A DNA stretch of 64,000 nt, from contig OZ244188.1 in assembly GCA_965216635.1 (NCBI GenBank), positions 640,001 to 704,000 of the forward strand, in the 5' to 3' direction. Below are positions 40,203 through 49,577 of the stretch, piece by piece. The translations under genes and the position numbers were made by a program. The notes beneath the pieces were generated by a model. It was not told the DNA's origin. It was given only the letters and a program-made list of their open reading frames with translations, and made no database searches. Every line of letters starts with the position of its first letter. The stretch's first letter is position 1. Origin of the DNA: a bacterium (lineage in GTDB: Bacteria; SAR324; XYD2-FULL-50-16; G965216635).

Positions 40203-40318
40203 CATAAAATTCGTCTGGAGCTCCTTTTAAGAACGTTTCTTTTAAGGAGCTTCTTTTAAGCCTATAAATAGTTTTAAAAGGTAAACTTTGGTAAGCAAAT
40301 TCAAAAGTCTATTAAAAT

Positions 40319-42178
40319 ATGGAAATTTTTAGAAAAAAAGGATTTAAAATATTTTTTGCATTTTTTGCAGCTTTTTTCATGGGCGTTTTTGGCTTTGGGG
40401 TCATTAACTTCTTTGGTGGAGGAAGATATCTTGCAAAAGTGGGAAAAAAAGAAATTAAACCTCAAGATTATTTGAGAGCCTATGAAAATATATCTGCTCG
40501 TAACCGACAATCAGGACAAACTCTAACCCCACAGCAGCAGGACGCTCAAAAAGTGCAAGCATTTTACAGTTTAATCAATAGTAATATTATTGAAACAGTA
40601 GCAGAAGAAATAGGACTTGCAGTAACAGACGAAGAGTTGCGTCAAACGATAAAAGATTTAGGGCAATTCAATAAAGACAATGGAGAGATTGATTCTGAAA
40701 AATACCGAAATTTTTTGAGTGTACAAGGACTTTCTGTTAACGAATTTGAAGAAAACTTTAAAAAAAATATTTTGCGCCAAAAATGGGCAAGGTTAGTTTT
40801 ACCTGTAACCGCTGTCTCTGCTAAAACAGATAACTATTTTCAGTCTAGATTTAGTAGAATAGCCAATATTCGTTATTTTGAGGTTCCAACGCAGATTATC
40901 AAAACAAAAACTAATGTTTCCGAAGAGCAGCTAAAAACTTTTTATGGAGAAAAAAATGATTCTTTTAGAACACCAGGAAGTTATAAAATAGAACTACTAG
41001 AAATCAGTAAAGAAATTTTTAAGGGGCAAATCAGCACTCAAGAGATACAAGATTATTACAATAATAACAGAGGAGATTTTTCCCAAAAAGGAAGCTTTTT
41101 GACAAGTCATATTTTATTTTCTATAGATAGCGGTCTAGGACTAGAAGAATTAAAGCAAAAATCCGAAGAAGTTTATCAGCTAGCCTTAAAAAACAAACAT
41201 TCTTTTGCTAGTTTAGCAAAAAAATATTCCGACGACTCTGGTAGTAAGATAAAGGGAGGAGATTTAGGATGGACTCCCTACGGGAGTTTTGTAAAGGAAT
41301 TTGAAGATCAGGTTAAAACGATGAAAAAAGGAGCGATTGCAAAACCTTTTTTAAGCCAGTTTGGTTATCACATTGTTTATTTAAGAAATAAAAAAGAAGC
41401 TAAAGAACTTTCTTTCCAAGAGGTTCAAGGTGCTATCAAAGAAACTTTGCTAAAAAACAAACTCAACAATTTTTTAAACTTAATTTCCCAAAGGTCTCAA
41501 ACAGAACAAGGATTTCAAAAAATTTCTCAAGATTATAATTTGACTTTTATCCCAGATTTTTTAATCACAGAAAATTCAAAATATAAAAATATTTCCCTAA
41601 AAGCTATCCACAACTCTCTTAAAGGAAAATCTCTTAATATTTTAGATATTTATGATACAGGGAAAAAATATTTATTTTATAAACTTAACAGCTCTGTTAT
41701 AGGTGAAAAAATAGCCTTTGAAAAAATCAAAAAAAATGTTTTAGCAGCCTATAGAAAAGAAGAGTATAGTAAGCAGTTAAACGACAAGCAAAGAGAGTTT
41801 TTAGAAAAGTATAAAACCCAGAAAAATTTTGACGCTTTGAAAAAACAGTGGAGCATTAACAGGGTCATAAATAAAAATTTATCGTACAGTGATTTGGCGG
41901 AAGATAATGTTTTATTGCTTGATTTTAGAAACATTGTTTTTCAATTAAATGCGGGGCAAATGATAGTAAGAAGGCACTCAGATAAACTCTTTGTGATTTT
42001 ACTAGATAGTTTTACCGAAAACTCTGACGAGGGTTTGAACAACCGTTTTACAAAAGAATACCTTGAGAGAATAAAAACAAGTTTGCTAATAGATAAGTTG
42101 ATAAATTCTCGAGCACAACAGATAGGTGTTTCTTATAATGAAAAATTAATAAAACAATACAATATACCTTTTAAATAA
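40319..42178 (+). CDS. ppiD: PpiD/SurA-family periplasmic chaperone/PPIase
   Basis: N-terminal TM, SurA_N domain, SHIL...FASLAKKYSDD.GS...GGDLGW...SQFGYHIV. Confidence 0.88.
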   Translation: MEIFRKKGFKIFFAFFAAFFMGVFGFGVINFFGGGRYLAKVGKKEIKPQDYLRAYENISARNRQSGQTLTPQQQDAQKVQAFYSLINSNIIETVAEEIGLAVTDEELRQTIKDLGQFNKDNGEIDSEKYRNFLSVQGLSVNEFEENFKKNILRQKWARLVLPVTAVSAKTDNYFQSRFSRIANIRYFEVPTQIIKTKTNVSEEQLKTFYGEKNDSFRTPGSYKIELLEISKEIFKGQISTQEIQDYYNNNRGDFSQKGSFLTSHILFSIDSGLGLEELKQKSEEVYQLALKNKHSFASLAKKYSDDSGSKIKGGDLGWTPYGSFVKEFEDQVKTMKKGAIAKPFLSQFGYHIVYLRNKKEAKELSFQEVQGAIKETLLKNKLNNFLNLISQRSQTEQGFQKISQDYNLTFIPDFLITENSKYKNISLKAIHNSLKGKSLNILDIYDTGKKYLFYKLNSSVIGEKIAFEKIKKNVLAAYRKEEYSKQLNDKQREFLEKYKTQKNFDALKKQWSINRVINKNLSYSDLAEDNVLLLDFRNIVFQLNAGQMIVRRHSDKLFVILLDSFTENSDEGLNNRFTKEYLERIKTSLLIDKLINSRAQQIGVSYNEKLIKQYNIPFK

Positions 42179-42471
42179 TGAATATTAACGAAACTATAGA
42201 AAAACTAGGCGAAGAAATCACTAAACTTAGTCAAAAGTTTGAAAAATTGAGGAGTGAAAACCGAGAACTAAAGGAAAAAAATGCCTCTTTAGAAAGAAGG
42301 CTAGAGCAATCTGTAACCGAAGATAACGGTTCTAATAATAAACTCAGCACCTATTTAGAGCAGGTTAAAAACCTTAATCAACCTGATACAGAAGCCGCTG
42401 CTAGAAATTCTACCTCTTTTATAGACGATACTTCAGATTATAAGCAGGGTAATGATTCAAGATTGATTTAA
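42178..42471 (+). CDS. small coiled-coil protein (ZapB-like)
   Basis: IEKLGEEITKL...LRSENRELKEKN. Confidence 0.5.
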   Translation: MNINETIEKLGEEITKLSQKFEKLRSENRELKEKNASLERRLEQSVTEDNGSNNKLSTYLEQVKNLNQPDTEAAARNSTSFIDDTSDYKQGNDSRLI

Positions 42472-42495
42472 CTGTTTATAAGGATTTTTCCCACT

Positions 42496-43581
42496 ATGAA
42501 ATTTTTTTTTATTGCTGTTTTTTTCTCCTTTTTTTTAGCTGCTTGTAATTACAATTTTTATCAAGCAAAAAAACTAGAAAAAGAAGAAAAATTTGAGGAA
42601 GCTAGTGTAGAGTATTCAAGGGCATATTTTAAATATCTTAGTTTAAATAAAGAAGTCTCTACCCGCTGCGATAACCGTTATGCTTGTTTAAATCTAAAAT
42701 ACAAAAAAGCCTACGAAGAAAATGCTTTAAAAACAGTAGTAGAATTACGAGAGAGGTATATTCAATTTATTCTCAAAAACAAACATCCTTCTGCTTACAA
42801 GGTTTTGAAGAAAGCTTTATTATTAGTTTCAGAAGATCATTTTTTTAAAACAGAGGAAATCTATTGGAAAAAAGTGCTTCTTGTTGGAAAAATTAATATT
42901 CCTGAAGGTAGAGAGCTTGATATTCCTATACTAGGAGATAAGATCTATCCAATTATCCGTTTTAATAGCTCTATTCCCAACCATTTTATAGAGGCAATTA
43001 TAACCCCCCGCGGTCAGTTTTCAGCCGACGATGTGATTTACAGACCCATCGCTAGTTCTTTTCTGAGATATACTATCCAATCCATTGGTTTCAAGTACTT
43101 ACCGCTAGGCGGCAAAAAAGGAAGAGTTCTATTTCAAGACAGTGAATTTATCAGCTATCCTTTGGTAGACTTTAGAACGCCTATCTTAACAGAGCACATA
43201 GGAGATTTTTCAAACATCCCGTCTGGCAAAACTAGAGAACAGATTGTTTTAAAAAATAGAGAAAATTTTAATAACACGACAGGCTACTGGTATCCTACTC
43301 GTGATTTTGAGTATTCCAGTAGTATTCAAGGGCAAGAAGTGCAAATAAAACTCGGAGCAAGCCGCAATGAATTTTTACCCCATTTGTTATATTTTAATGG
43401 CTCGCGTATTGTTTTAGATTTTGGTTTATTAGATTTACAAAGAGAAAAAAGCTCTTTTTTATGGGGAATTAAAAGGATTGCAGGAGAAGATAATCTAGAA
43501 AATCTAAAAAAAAATTATTACTACAGGAACTATCTAAAATCTAATTTTTTCCCCTTTTATATCACAGCGAGTAGTAGATAA
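42496..43581 (+). CDS. hypothetical lipoprotein
   Basis: Lipobox LAAC. Confidence 0.75.
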   Translation: MKFFFIAVFFSFFLAACNYNFYQAKKLEKEEKFEEASVEYSRAYFKYLSLNKEVSTRCDNRYACLNLKYKKAYEENALKTVVELRERYIQFILKNKHPSAYKVLKKALLLVSEDHFFKTEEIYWKKVLLVGKINIPEGRELDIPILGDKIYPIIRFNSSIPNHFIEAIITPRGQFSADDVIYRPIASSFLRYTIQSIGFKYLPLGGKKGRVLFQDSEFISYPLVDFRTPILTEHIGDFSNIPSGKTREQIVLKNRENFNNTTGYWYPTRDFEYSSSIQGQEVQIKLGASRNEFLPHLLYFNGSRIVLDFGLLDLQREKSSFLWGIKRIAGEDNLENLKKNYYYRNYLKSNFFPFYITASSR

Positions 43582-43583
43582 AA

Positions 43584-43723
43584 TAGATTTTTGAATTTGC
43601 GTTATGTGACGGCTAGGCAAGACGAAAAAAATTTTTAGCTCGCAGGAATACTCAAGTATTTCAAGAGTTAAAAATTTTTTTCAACGCTGCATAGGCTAAA
43701 CAGAACGCAAATTCAAAGGTCTA
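43584..43723. mobile_element. MITE-like element, canonical 140-bp copy
   Basis: TAGAT...GTCTA; perfect TSD TAAAA containing the upstream stop codon. Confidence 0.92.
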
Positions 43724-43734
43724 TAAAAGTAATT

Positions 43735-44481
43735 ATGGAGCTAAAAAAAATCATCGCTCTTTTAGACTATACCTCACTTAAAGAAACAGACAACGAGAAA
43801 ACAATAGAGTCTTTCTGCCAAAAAGCGAATACTCCACTAGGCTCTGTAGCTGCGGTCTGTCTTTATTTAAAATTCGTCAAATTCGCAAAGAACCTACTAC
43901 AAGATTCAAAAATTCTAGTAGCCACAGTGGTCAATTTTCCTAAAGGAGAACAAAATATAGCAACAGTTAAAGAGCAAATAAAAACAGCACTAAACGAAGG
44001 AGCAGATGAAATAGACCTAGTAATACCTTATAGAGAATACATTCAATCGGGAAAATCTCCACAGGCTATTTTGCTTGTTCAAGAAGCAAAAAATATTTGT
44101 AAAAATAACTGCTTAAAAGTTATTTTAGAAACAGGAGAACTCAAAAAAAAAGATTTAATTTTAGCTGCCAGTAAAGATGCTATTTTTGCAGGAGCAGATT
44201 TTATTAAAACATCTACCGGAAAAACAAATATCGGAGCTACAAAAGAAGCAGTAGAAATTATGTTACAGGCTATCCAAACATCAAAAAACAAGGTAGGTTT
44301 AAAAATATCAGGAGGCATTCGGGAGCAATTTCAAGTAAATGAATATCTAGCATTAGCAGAAAAAATTTGCGGGAAAGATTTTATCCATCCGAATAGTTTT
44401 AGAATTGGCGCCAGTTCTCTATTAGATAGACTTTTGAATTTGCGTTATGTGACGGCTAGGCAAGGCAAAAAAAATTTTTAG
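43735..44481 (+). CDS. deoC: deoxyribose-phosphate aldolase (C-terminus replaced by MITE sequence)
   Basis: VATVVNFP, GADEIDLV, KVILETG, GADFIKTSTGK, RIGASSLL. Confidence 0.95.
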   Translation: MELKKIIALLDYTSLKETDNEKTIESFCQKANTPLGSVAAVCLYLKFVKFAKNLLQDSKILVATVVNFPKGEQNIATVKEQIKTALNEGADEIDLVIPYREYIQSGKSPQAILLVQEAKNICKNNCLKVILETGELKKKDLILAASKDAIFAGADFIKTSTGKTNIGATKEAVEIMLQAIQTSKNKVGLKISGGIREQFQVNEYLALAEKICGKDFIHPNSFRIGASSLLDRLLNLRYVTARQGKKNF

Positions 44482-44671
44482 CTCGCAGGAATACTCGAGT
44501 ATTTCAAGAGTTAAAATTTTTTTTTAATGGCGTAGTGCTAAACACTACAAAACTTAACGTTCAGCAAGAGTGAAATGTGAAACAGCCCTTTGGCTGTTTC
44601 ACAAATAGCCTATAAAAAGCGTCAAGCAATAAGCTTGTTTTGGCTAAACAGAATGCAAATTCAAAGGTCTA
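44427..44671. mobile_element. MITE-like element inserted inside deoC
   Basis: TAGAC...GTCTA; TSD TTAGA/TTGGA. Confidence 0.92.
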
Positions 44672-44718
44672 TTGGATTCTCTGCTCAATTCTTCTCATAA
44701 TCCTCAAAACTAAGAAAA

Positions 44719-45558
44719 ATGAAAAAAACAATTTCTGAAAACGAAAAACTCTATCATATAGGGCTTTGTAAAAAACAACTTAACTCTGCCAAAATAGCCA
44801 TTTTACCGGGTGATCCTGCTAGAGTAGAACTTCTTGCAAAATTGCTAGATAAACAAGCACTACCTCTCGCTTTCAATAGAGAATACTGCTCTTATCTAGC
44901 AGGAATGCCCAATATAACCAAAACAAGCAAAACAAATACAAGCAAAACAAATACAAGCAAAACAAATATAGACGAAAAAGTGCTTGTTATTTCTACAGGT
45001 ATGGGAAGTCCTTCGGTTTCTATTGGATTAGAAGAATTAGCTATGCTGGGGGTAAAAAAATTTATTCGCGTCGGTACAACGGGAGCCATCCAAGAAAAAA
45101 TACAATTAGGAGATTTGATTCTCAATACAGCTGCAGTGCGTTTAGAAGGGACCTCTTCGCATTACGCTCCCATAGAGTATCCAGCCGTAGCGGATTTTGA
45201 ACTCACCCAAGCATTAAGACAAGCATCTCAAAAATTAAAAATTCCGCTACAGCTAGGCATCGGGATTTCTTCGGATACATTTTGGGCTGGACAAGAAAGA
45301 TATGATAGCTATTCTGGTTTTGTTTTACAAAAATTTAAAGGCTCTTTACAAGAATGGCGAAAATTAGGATTACTCAATTTTGAAATGGAAACATCCGCTC
45401 TTTTTACTATATGCTCTACTTTGGGGTTGCAAGCAGCGTCAATTTGTTGCGTTATTGCTAAACGCACAAAATCAGAAAAAGTAGATAAAAGCAAATATCA
45501 AAGAGGTATGGAATTGATTATGCAAATCGTTAAACAAACAATCAAGGATTTTCACTAG
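44719..45558 (+). CDS. udp: uridine phosphorylase
   Basis: YHIGL, PGDPARV, STGMGSPS, RVGTTGAIQ, GQERYD, NFEMETS. Confidence 0.95.
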   Translation: MKKTISENEKLYHIGLCKKQLNSAKIAILPGDPARVELLAKLLDKQALPLAFNREYCSYLAGMPNITKTSKTNTSKTNTSKTNIDEKVLVISTGMGSPSVSIGLEELAMLGVKKFIRVGTTGAIQEKIQLGDLILNTAAVRLEGTSSHYAPIEYPAVADFELTQALRQASQKLKIPLQLGIGISSDTFWAGQERYDSYSGFVLQKFKGSLQEWRKLGLLNFEMETSALFTICSTLGLQAASICCVIAKRTKSEKVDKSKYQRGMELIMQIVKQTIKDFH

Positions 45559-45592
45559 GCTGGACTTTTGAATTACTATTTTTAGCTTAAAT

Positions 45593-45621
45593 TTGACAAA
45601 ATAGATTTTTATACTTACAAT
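45593..45621 (+). promoter_or_regulatory. sigma70 promoter
   Basis: TTGACA-N17-TACAAT, 27 bp before the ATG. Confidence 0.7.
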
Positions 45622-45648
45622 TTAATTTAAAAAACACAAAAACTAAAA

Positions 45649-46458
45649 ATGAAAAAAATAATCTATCTAAGCGTATTGTTTTTAAACATACTGCTTTTCA
45701 GCAACCCGTCTCTTGTAGCACAGGATTTTAGCTATTGGAAAAAAAATAATCTTCAAAATACGGACAAGTTACAACACCAAGTATGGGATAGTTTTTTAAA
45801 AAAATACATTAAAGCAGACTCTTCTAATCTCAATCTATTCCGATACAACGCGGTGAAAAAAGAAGATAAAAACAAATTAGACAGCTATATTTCTTATTTG
45901 AGCGGTATCACAATTACAAATCACAATAAAAAAGAGCAACTAGCTTACTGGATCAATCTTTACAACGCCTTAACAATCAAGGTAGTTTTGGAGCATTACC
46001 CCGTTCAAAGCATTAAAGATATTAAACTTTCAGGAATTTTAAAACCAGGTCCTTGGAAAAAAGAACTTATCAGTATAGAAGGCAGAAAGCTTTCACTAGA
46101 TAATATAGAACACAATATTCTTCGTCCCATTTGGAAAGACAATCGGGTGCATTACGCTGTCAACTGTGCCAGTATTGGTTGTCCTAACTTACAAAATTCA
46201 GCCTTTACTGCCAAAAATAGTGAAAATCTACTCAAGAAAGGAGCAAAGAGTTATATCAATCACCCTAGAGGAGTGCATTTCAATGGAAAAATTCTAAAAG
46301 TCTCTAGCATCTATAAGTGGTTCAAAGAAGATTTTGGAAATAATAAAAATTCTCTGCTCAGGCATCTGATTCTTTATGCCAATCCTCCCCTTAAAGCAAA
46401 ATTACAAAATTTCAGCGGTAAAATTAAATATAGCTATGATTGGTCTTTGAACGAATAA
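45649..46458 (+). CDS. DUF547 domain secreted protein
   Basis: LAYWINLYNA, SLDNIEH, RVHYAVNCASIGCP, YDWSLN. Confidence 0.92.
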   Translation: MKKIIYLSVLFLNILLFSNPSLVAQDFSYWKKNNLQNTDKLQHQVWDSFLKKYIKADSSNLNLFRYNAVKKEDKNKLDSYISYLSGITITNHNKKEQLAYWINLYNALTIKVVLEHYPVQSIKDIKLSGILKPGPWKKELISIEGRKLSLDNIEHNILRPIWKDNRVHYAVNCASIGCPNLQNSAFTAKNSENLLKKGAKSYINHPRGVHFNGKILKVSSIYKWFKEDFGNNKNSLLRHLILYANPPLKAKLQNFSGKIKYSYDWSLNE

Positions 46459-46470
46459 TTAAAGTTACGA

Positions 46471-46618
46471 TTGAGCTTTGAATTTCGCCAAACACTACAA
46501 AACTGAGCAAGACCACAAATAGACTGCAAAAGAGCCAGCGGCTCTTTTGCTAAAGCCTGTATGAAGTGAACGCAGTAAGCCTGTTTTGCTGAACTAGAAT
46601 GTCTAATTCAACAGTCTC
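46471..46618. mobile_element. MITE-like element
   Basis: GAGCTTTGAATTT / CTAATTCAACAGTCTC abutting the EamA stop codon. Confidence 0.75.
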
Positions 46619-47464
46619 CTATAGTTTTAAGAGGATAATACCTACTAATATCACACAAGCAAGATAAAACCGCATCATTCCCAAAGTTTCTTTGTGTAGC
46701 CAAACAGAAAAAAGCACTCCAAAAAGAATACTCGTCTCTCTAAGAGAGGCTATCAAAACGGGCTTTTCTACAACACTGAAGGCAAAAACAACGATTCCAT
46801 AGGCTGACATATAGAGGAAAGCTCCCAAAAATCCTTGATACCATTTTTGCTGTATGGTAGTAAAAATTTTTTTTTTGCGAATACTATAGCAAAAAAGAAA
46901 AAAAATTCCATTATCCAGTAAATAAACCCAAATAATATAGCTTACGAAATAGGAGCTTTTTATAACCGCAGTAGAATCTATTATAGAATAAATTGAGATA
47001 CAAAATCCTACTAAAAAAGCGAACAGCAGAGGGATCAGCGAATCTTTTTTTAAAAAATTTCCTATTTTCCCGCTCATAAAAATAATGGGCAGGCTAATGA
47101 AAAGAATGGCTAAAAAATCCTTATTGTCTATCTCTATAGAAAAAATGAGCAAAGATAAGAGTAAAAAAAATAGTGGAGCTATACCTCTCGCTACGGGATA
47201 AACCAATCCAAAATCTCCTAGCTGATAAGCTTTGACTAAACAGCATTTATAGACGAAGTGCACTGATACAGAGGCTAAAATAAAGAGCCACAAAGATTTT
47301 TCAGGCAAAGGAAAAAAACCAACAAGACTCAAGGAAATAAGAAAGCAAAAGAAACAAAGTAACCCCATAGAAGATAGGGTGTCTTTTGGGAATTTGACAA
47401 TACTATTCCAACTTGCGTGAAAGAAAGCAGAGAGTAAAATAACAAAAATTAACCAAACGGGCAT
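46619..47464 (-). CDS. EamA/DMT family transporter
   Basis: SAFFHASWN, GDFGLVYPVARG, SLRETSILF; start taken at MPVWL. Confidence 0.9.
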   Translation of the reverse strand: MPVWLIFVILLSAFFHASWNSIVKFPKDTLSSMGLLCFFCFLISLSLVGFFPLPEKSLWLFILASVSVHFVYKCCLVKAYQLGDFGLVYPVARGIAPLFFLLLSLLIFSIEIDNKDFLAILFISLPIIFMSGKIGNFLKKDSLIPLLFAFLVGFCISIYSIIDSTAVIKSSYFVSYIIWVYLLDNGIFFLFCYSIRKKKIFTTIQQKWYQGFLGAFLYMSAYGIVVFAFSVVEKPVLIASLRETSILFGVLFSVWLHKETLGMMRFYLACVILVGIILLKL

Positions 47465-47471
47465 AAGTTTA

Positions 47472-47726
47472 GATACCTTTGAATTAGCCAAATAGACAAA
47501 ACCAGCTGTGACGGCCAGCCAAATGGTTAGAAAAATGCAAAAAAAAAATTATCTAGAATAGACCTTTGAATTTGCCAAATAGACAAAACCAGCTGTGACG
47601 GCTAGGCTAGGCAAATTTTTTTTTTAGCTCGCTGGAATACTGAAGAGCATTTCTTCACAAATGGCAAGAATTAAAAAAAAATTTTAACGCTGCATAGGCT
47701 AAACAGAACGCTAATACAAAGGCATC
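47472..47726. mobile_element. tandem/partial MITE copies
   Basis: Left-end module repeated at about 47472 and 47559, then family interior. Confidence 0.8.
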
Positions 47727-47728
47727 TT

Positions 47729-48397
47729 TTATTCTAAAACAAGTTCATAAGCAACCCAACAAAGCAATAAATAAATCAAATCAAAAGCTACTAAAATCAT
47801 CAAGCCTACTATAAATTCATTCCCATCCAAAGAAAATAGTAGCACTTCAGATAAACGGATGCTCGCTAAAAGTAAAGGAATGCAAAGAGGGAAAAGTAGC
47901 AATGGAACCAAAACTTCTCTAAAACGAACATCAATAGTTAAGACGGAAATAAGAGTCCCTAAAGCGCAGAATCCTAAACTAGAAAAAACCAACAATCCTA
48001 AAAAAACGGGTAACTGCATAAAAAATTTTATCTCAAAAAAAACTACAAAAATAGGGATTAGTAAAAATTGTAGTAAAATACAAAGTCCCCAGTTACTCGT
48101 CAGTTTACTAATCATCAAAACAAATCGGGAAACAGGAGAAGTTAAAATTCTTTCTAAACTTTTGTTTTGTTTATCTAAGGTCAAACTTCTTTGTAAAAAC
48201 AAACTTGTTTGATAAAAAAACACAATCCAATAGATACCTACTGCTAAAGATTCTTGCTTCTCTACTTGTGCGTTTTCTAATACAAAATGAAAAAGCAGCA
48301 GCAAAACAATAGAAAAAAAAAAAGTAGTCAGTAAGGCACTTGCATCTCTATAATGGAGTAAAAAATCTTTTCGTAGTAGTGCTAAAAATTTACTCAT
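47729..48397 (-). CDS. ccmB: heme exporter protein B
   Basis: LRKDFLL, REVLVPLLLFPLCIPLL; multi-TM. Confidence 0.85.
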   Translation of the reverse strand: MSKFLALLRKDFLLHYRDASALLTTFFFSIVLLLLFHFVLENAQVEKQESLAVGIYWIVFFYQTSLFLQRSLTLDKQNKSLERILTSPVSRFVLMISKLTSNWGLCILLQFLLIPIFVVFFEIKFFMQLPVFLGLLVFSSLGFCALGTLISVLTIDVRFREVLVPLLLFPLCIPLLLASIRLSEVLLFSLDGNEFIVGLMILVAFDLIYLLLCWVAYELVLE

Positions 48398-49460
48398 TTC
48401 CTAGATATTTAGCAGGTGTTTTCTTTAATATCAGCTCAACTGCTTCCCATACTTCTTGTGGAGTAAGAAGTCGCATACATTGCTTTTCCGTTTTATTAGT
48501 GCATTTTTTTTTACCGTGAGCAGAACAAGGGCGACAACTCAAATTTTTTTCTAATAAAATGCTATTTTTTAAAAAAGGAGCAAATCCAAACTCCTTAACT
48601 GTGGGTCCAAAAAGAGCGACAACTGGGATAGCTAGTGCTTCTGCCAGATGTAGCGGAGCAGAATCTCCAGTAATCAATAAACGAGCCTCCGCGAGCAAAC
48701 CTGCAGTTTCTGCTAAATCTAATTTTCCAGTCAAATTTAGACTAGCATTTTTAGCAGCTCTTGCATAGCCCGGTAAAATTTTTTTGTCTTCTTCTGTACC
48801 TATTAAAACGACTTGATATTTTTCTTCTTTCATCTTCTTTATTAAGGCGTTCCAATAAGGAGCTAGCCAGCATTTGTTGAAATGCTTGGCACCCATAGCT
48901 ACAACAATTAAATTGTGAGAATTTAGTAGATAGCTCACAAAAAGCAACCTTGTTTTTTCTTTTATATTTGCGTGTAAAAAAAATTCTGTATTTTCCTTTC
49001 TTTTTTTTGCAGTTCTTTTTTTTTTGACAAGATCAAGTTCAGGAGAATCTAGCCAAGTCAGGTAGGCTTGTCTTTGGCTTATGATTTTTTCTTCTGGTTT
49101 TTTTTTTAAAAAAATTTGCATATATCTCTCTTTGTTTCTTTTGGGGACAGAAAAGAATTGCCCTCCTTTATAAGCAAAGCAAATCAAAAGACTTCGCAAA
49201 GAAGCATGGGCATCAAAAATGATGTTAAATTTTTGCTCCTTGATTAATCTTCTGGCAGCAAAAATTTCTGCAATACCTCCTTTCCTATCTAGCAGATAGG
49301 TCTTGTCAATATAGGGATTTTGGGAATGCGTTGATCCGAATTCTGTGGAGGTCATAAAAGTGATTTCTGCATTTCGGAATGCTTTTTTGGTTTCGCGAAA
49401 TACTGGACTCAAAAGGATAATATCTCCAAGTGATGAAAAACGAATGATTAAAATTTTCAT
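48390..49460 (-). CDS. GT9 ADP-heptose:LPS heptosyltransferase
   Basis: MKILIIRFSSLGDIIL, DSAPLHLAEA, ALFGPT. Confidence 0.92.
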   Translation of the reverse strand: MKILIIRFSSLGDIILLSPVFRETKKAFRNAEITFMTSTEFGSTHSQNPYIDKTYLLDRKGGIAEIFAARRLIKEQKFNIIFDAHASLRSLLICFAYKGGQFFSVPKRNKERYMQIFLKKKPEEKIISQRQAYLTWLDSPELDLVKKKRTAKKRKENTEFFLHANIKEKTRLLFVSYLLNSHNLIVVAMGAKHFNKCWLAPYWNALIKKMKEEKYQVVLIGTEEDKKILPGYARAAKNASLNLTGKLDLAETAGLLAEARLLITGDSAPLHLAEALAIPVVALFGPTVKEFGFAPFLKNSILLEKNLSCRPCSAHGKKKCTNKTEKQCMRLLTPQEVWEAVELILKKTPAKYLGNE

Positions 49461-49540
49461 TAGTTTTTGATTATTCTTTTTTGTTGTTTTTTTGATTGAA
49501 AATTTCATTGAAAATTTTATTGAGAGAGCTGATTTTTAAT

Positions 49541-49577
49541 GAGACTGTTGAAATAGAATGTCTAATTCAAAAGTCTC
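49541..49577. mobile_element. 37-bp mini MITE supplying the oppF stop codon
   Basis: GAGACTGTTGAAATAG / CTAATTCAAAAGTCTC; flanks TTAAT/TTGAT. Confidence 0.75.

Larger units (their letters stand above)
37150..40311. mobile_element. two abutting MITE-ended passenger-gene cassettes (37150-38798, 38799-40311)
   Basis: Outer TIRs TAGACCCTTGACTTTGC / GCAAATTCAAAAGTCTA, flanking repeat TTAAAA; internal junction TTTAAAGGTCTA|TATACTTTTGAATT. Confidence 0.7.
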
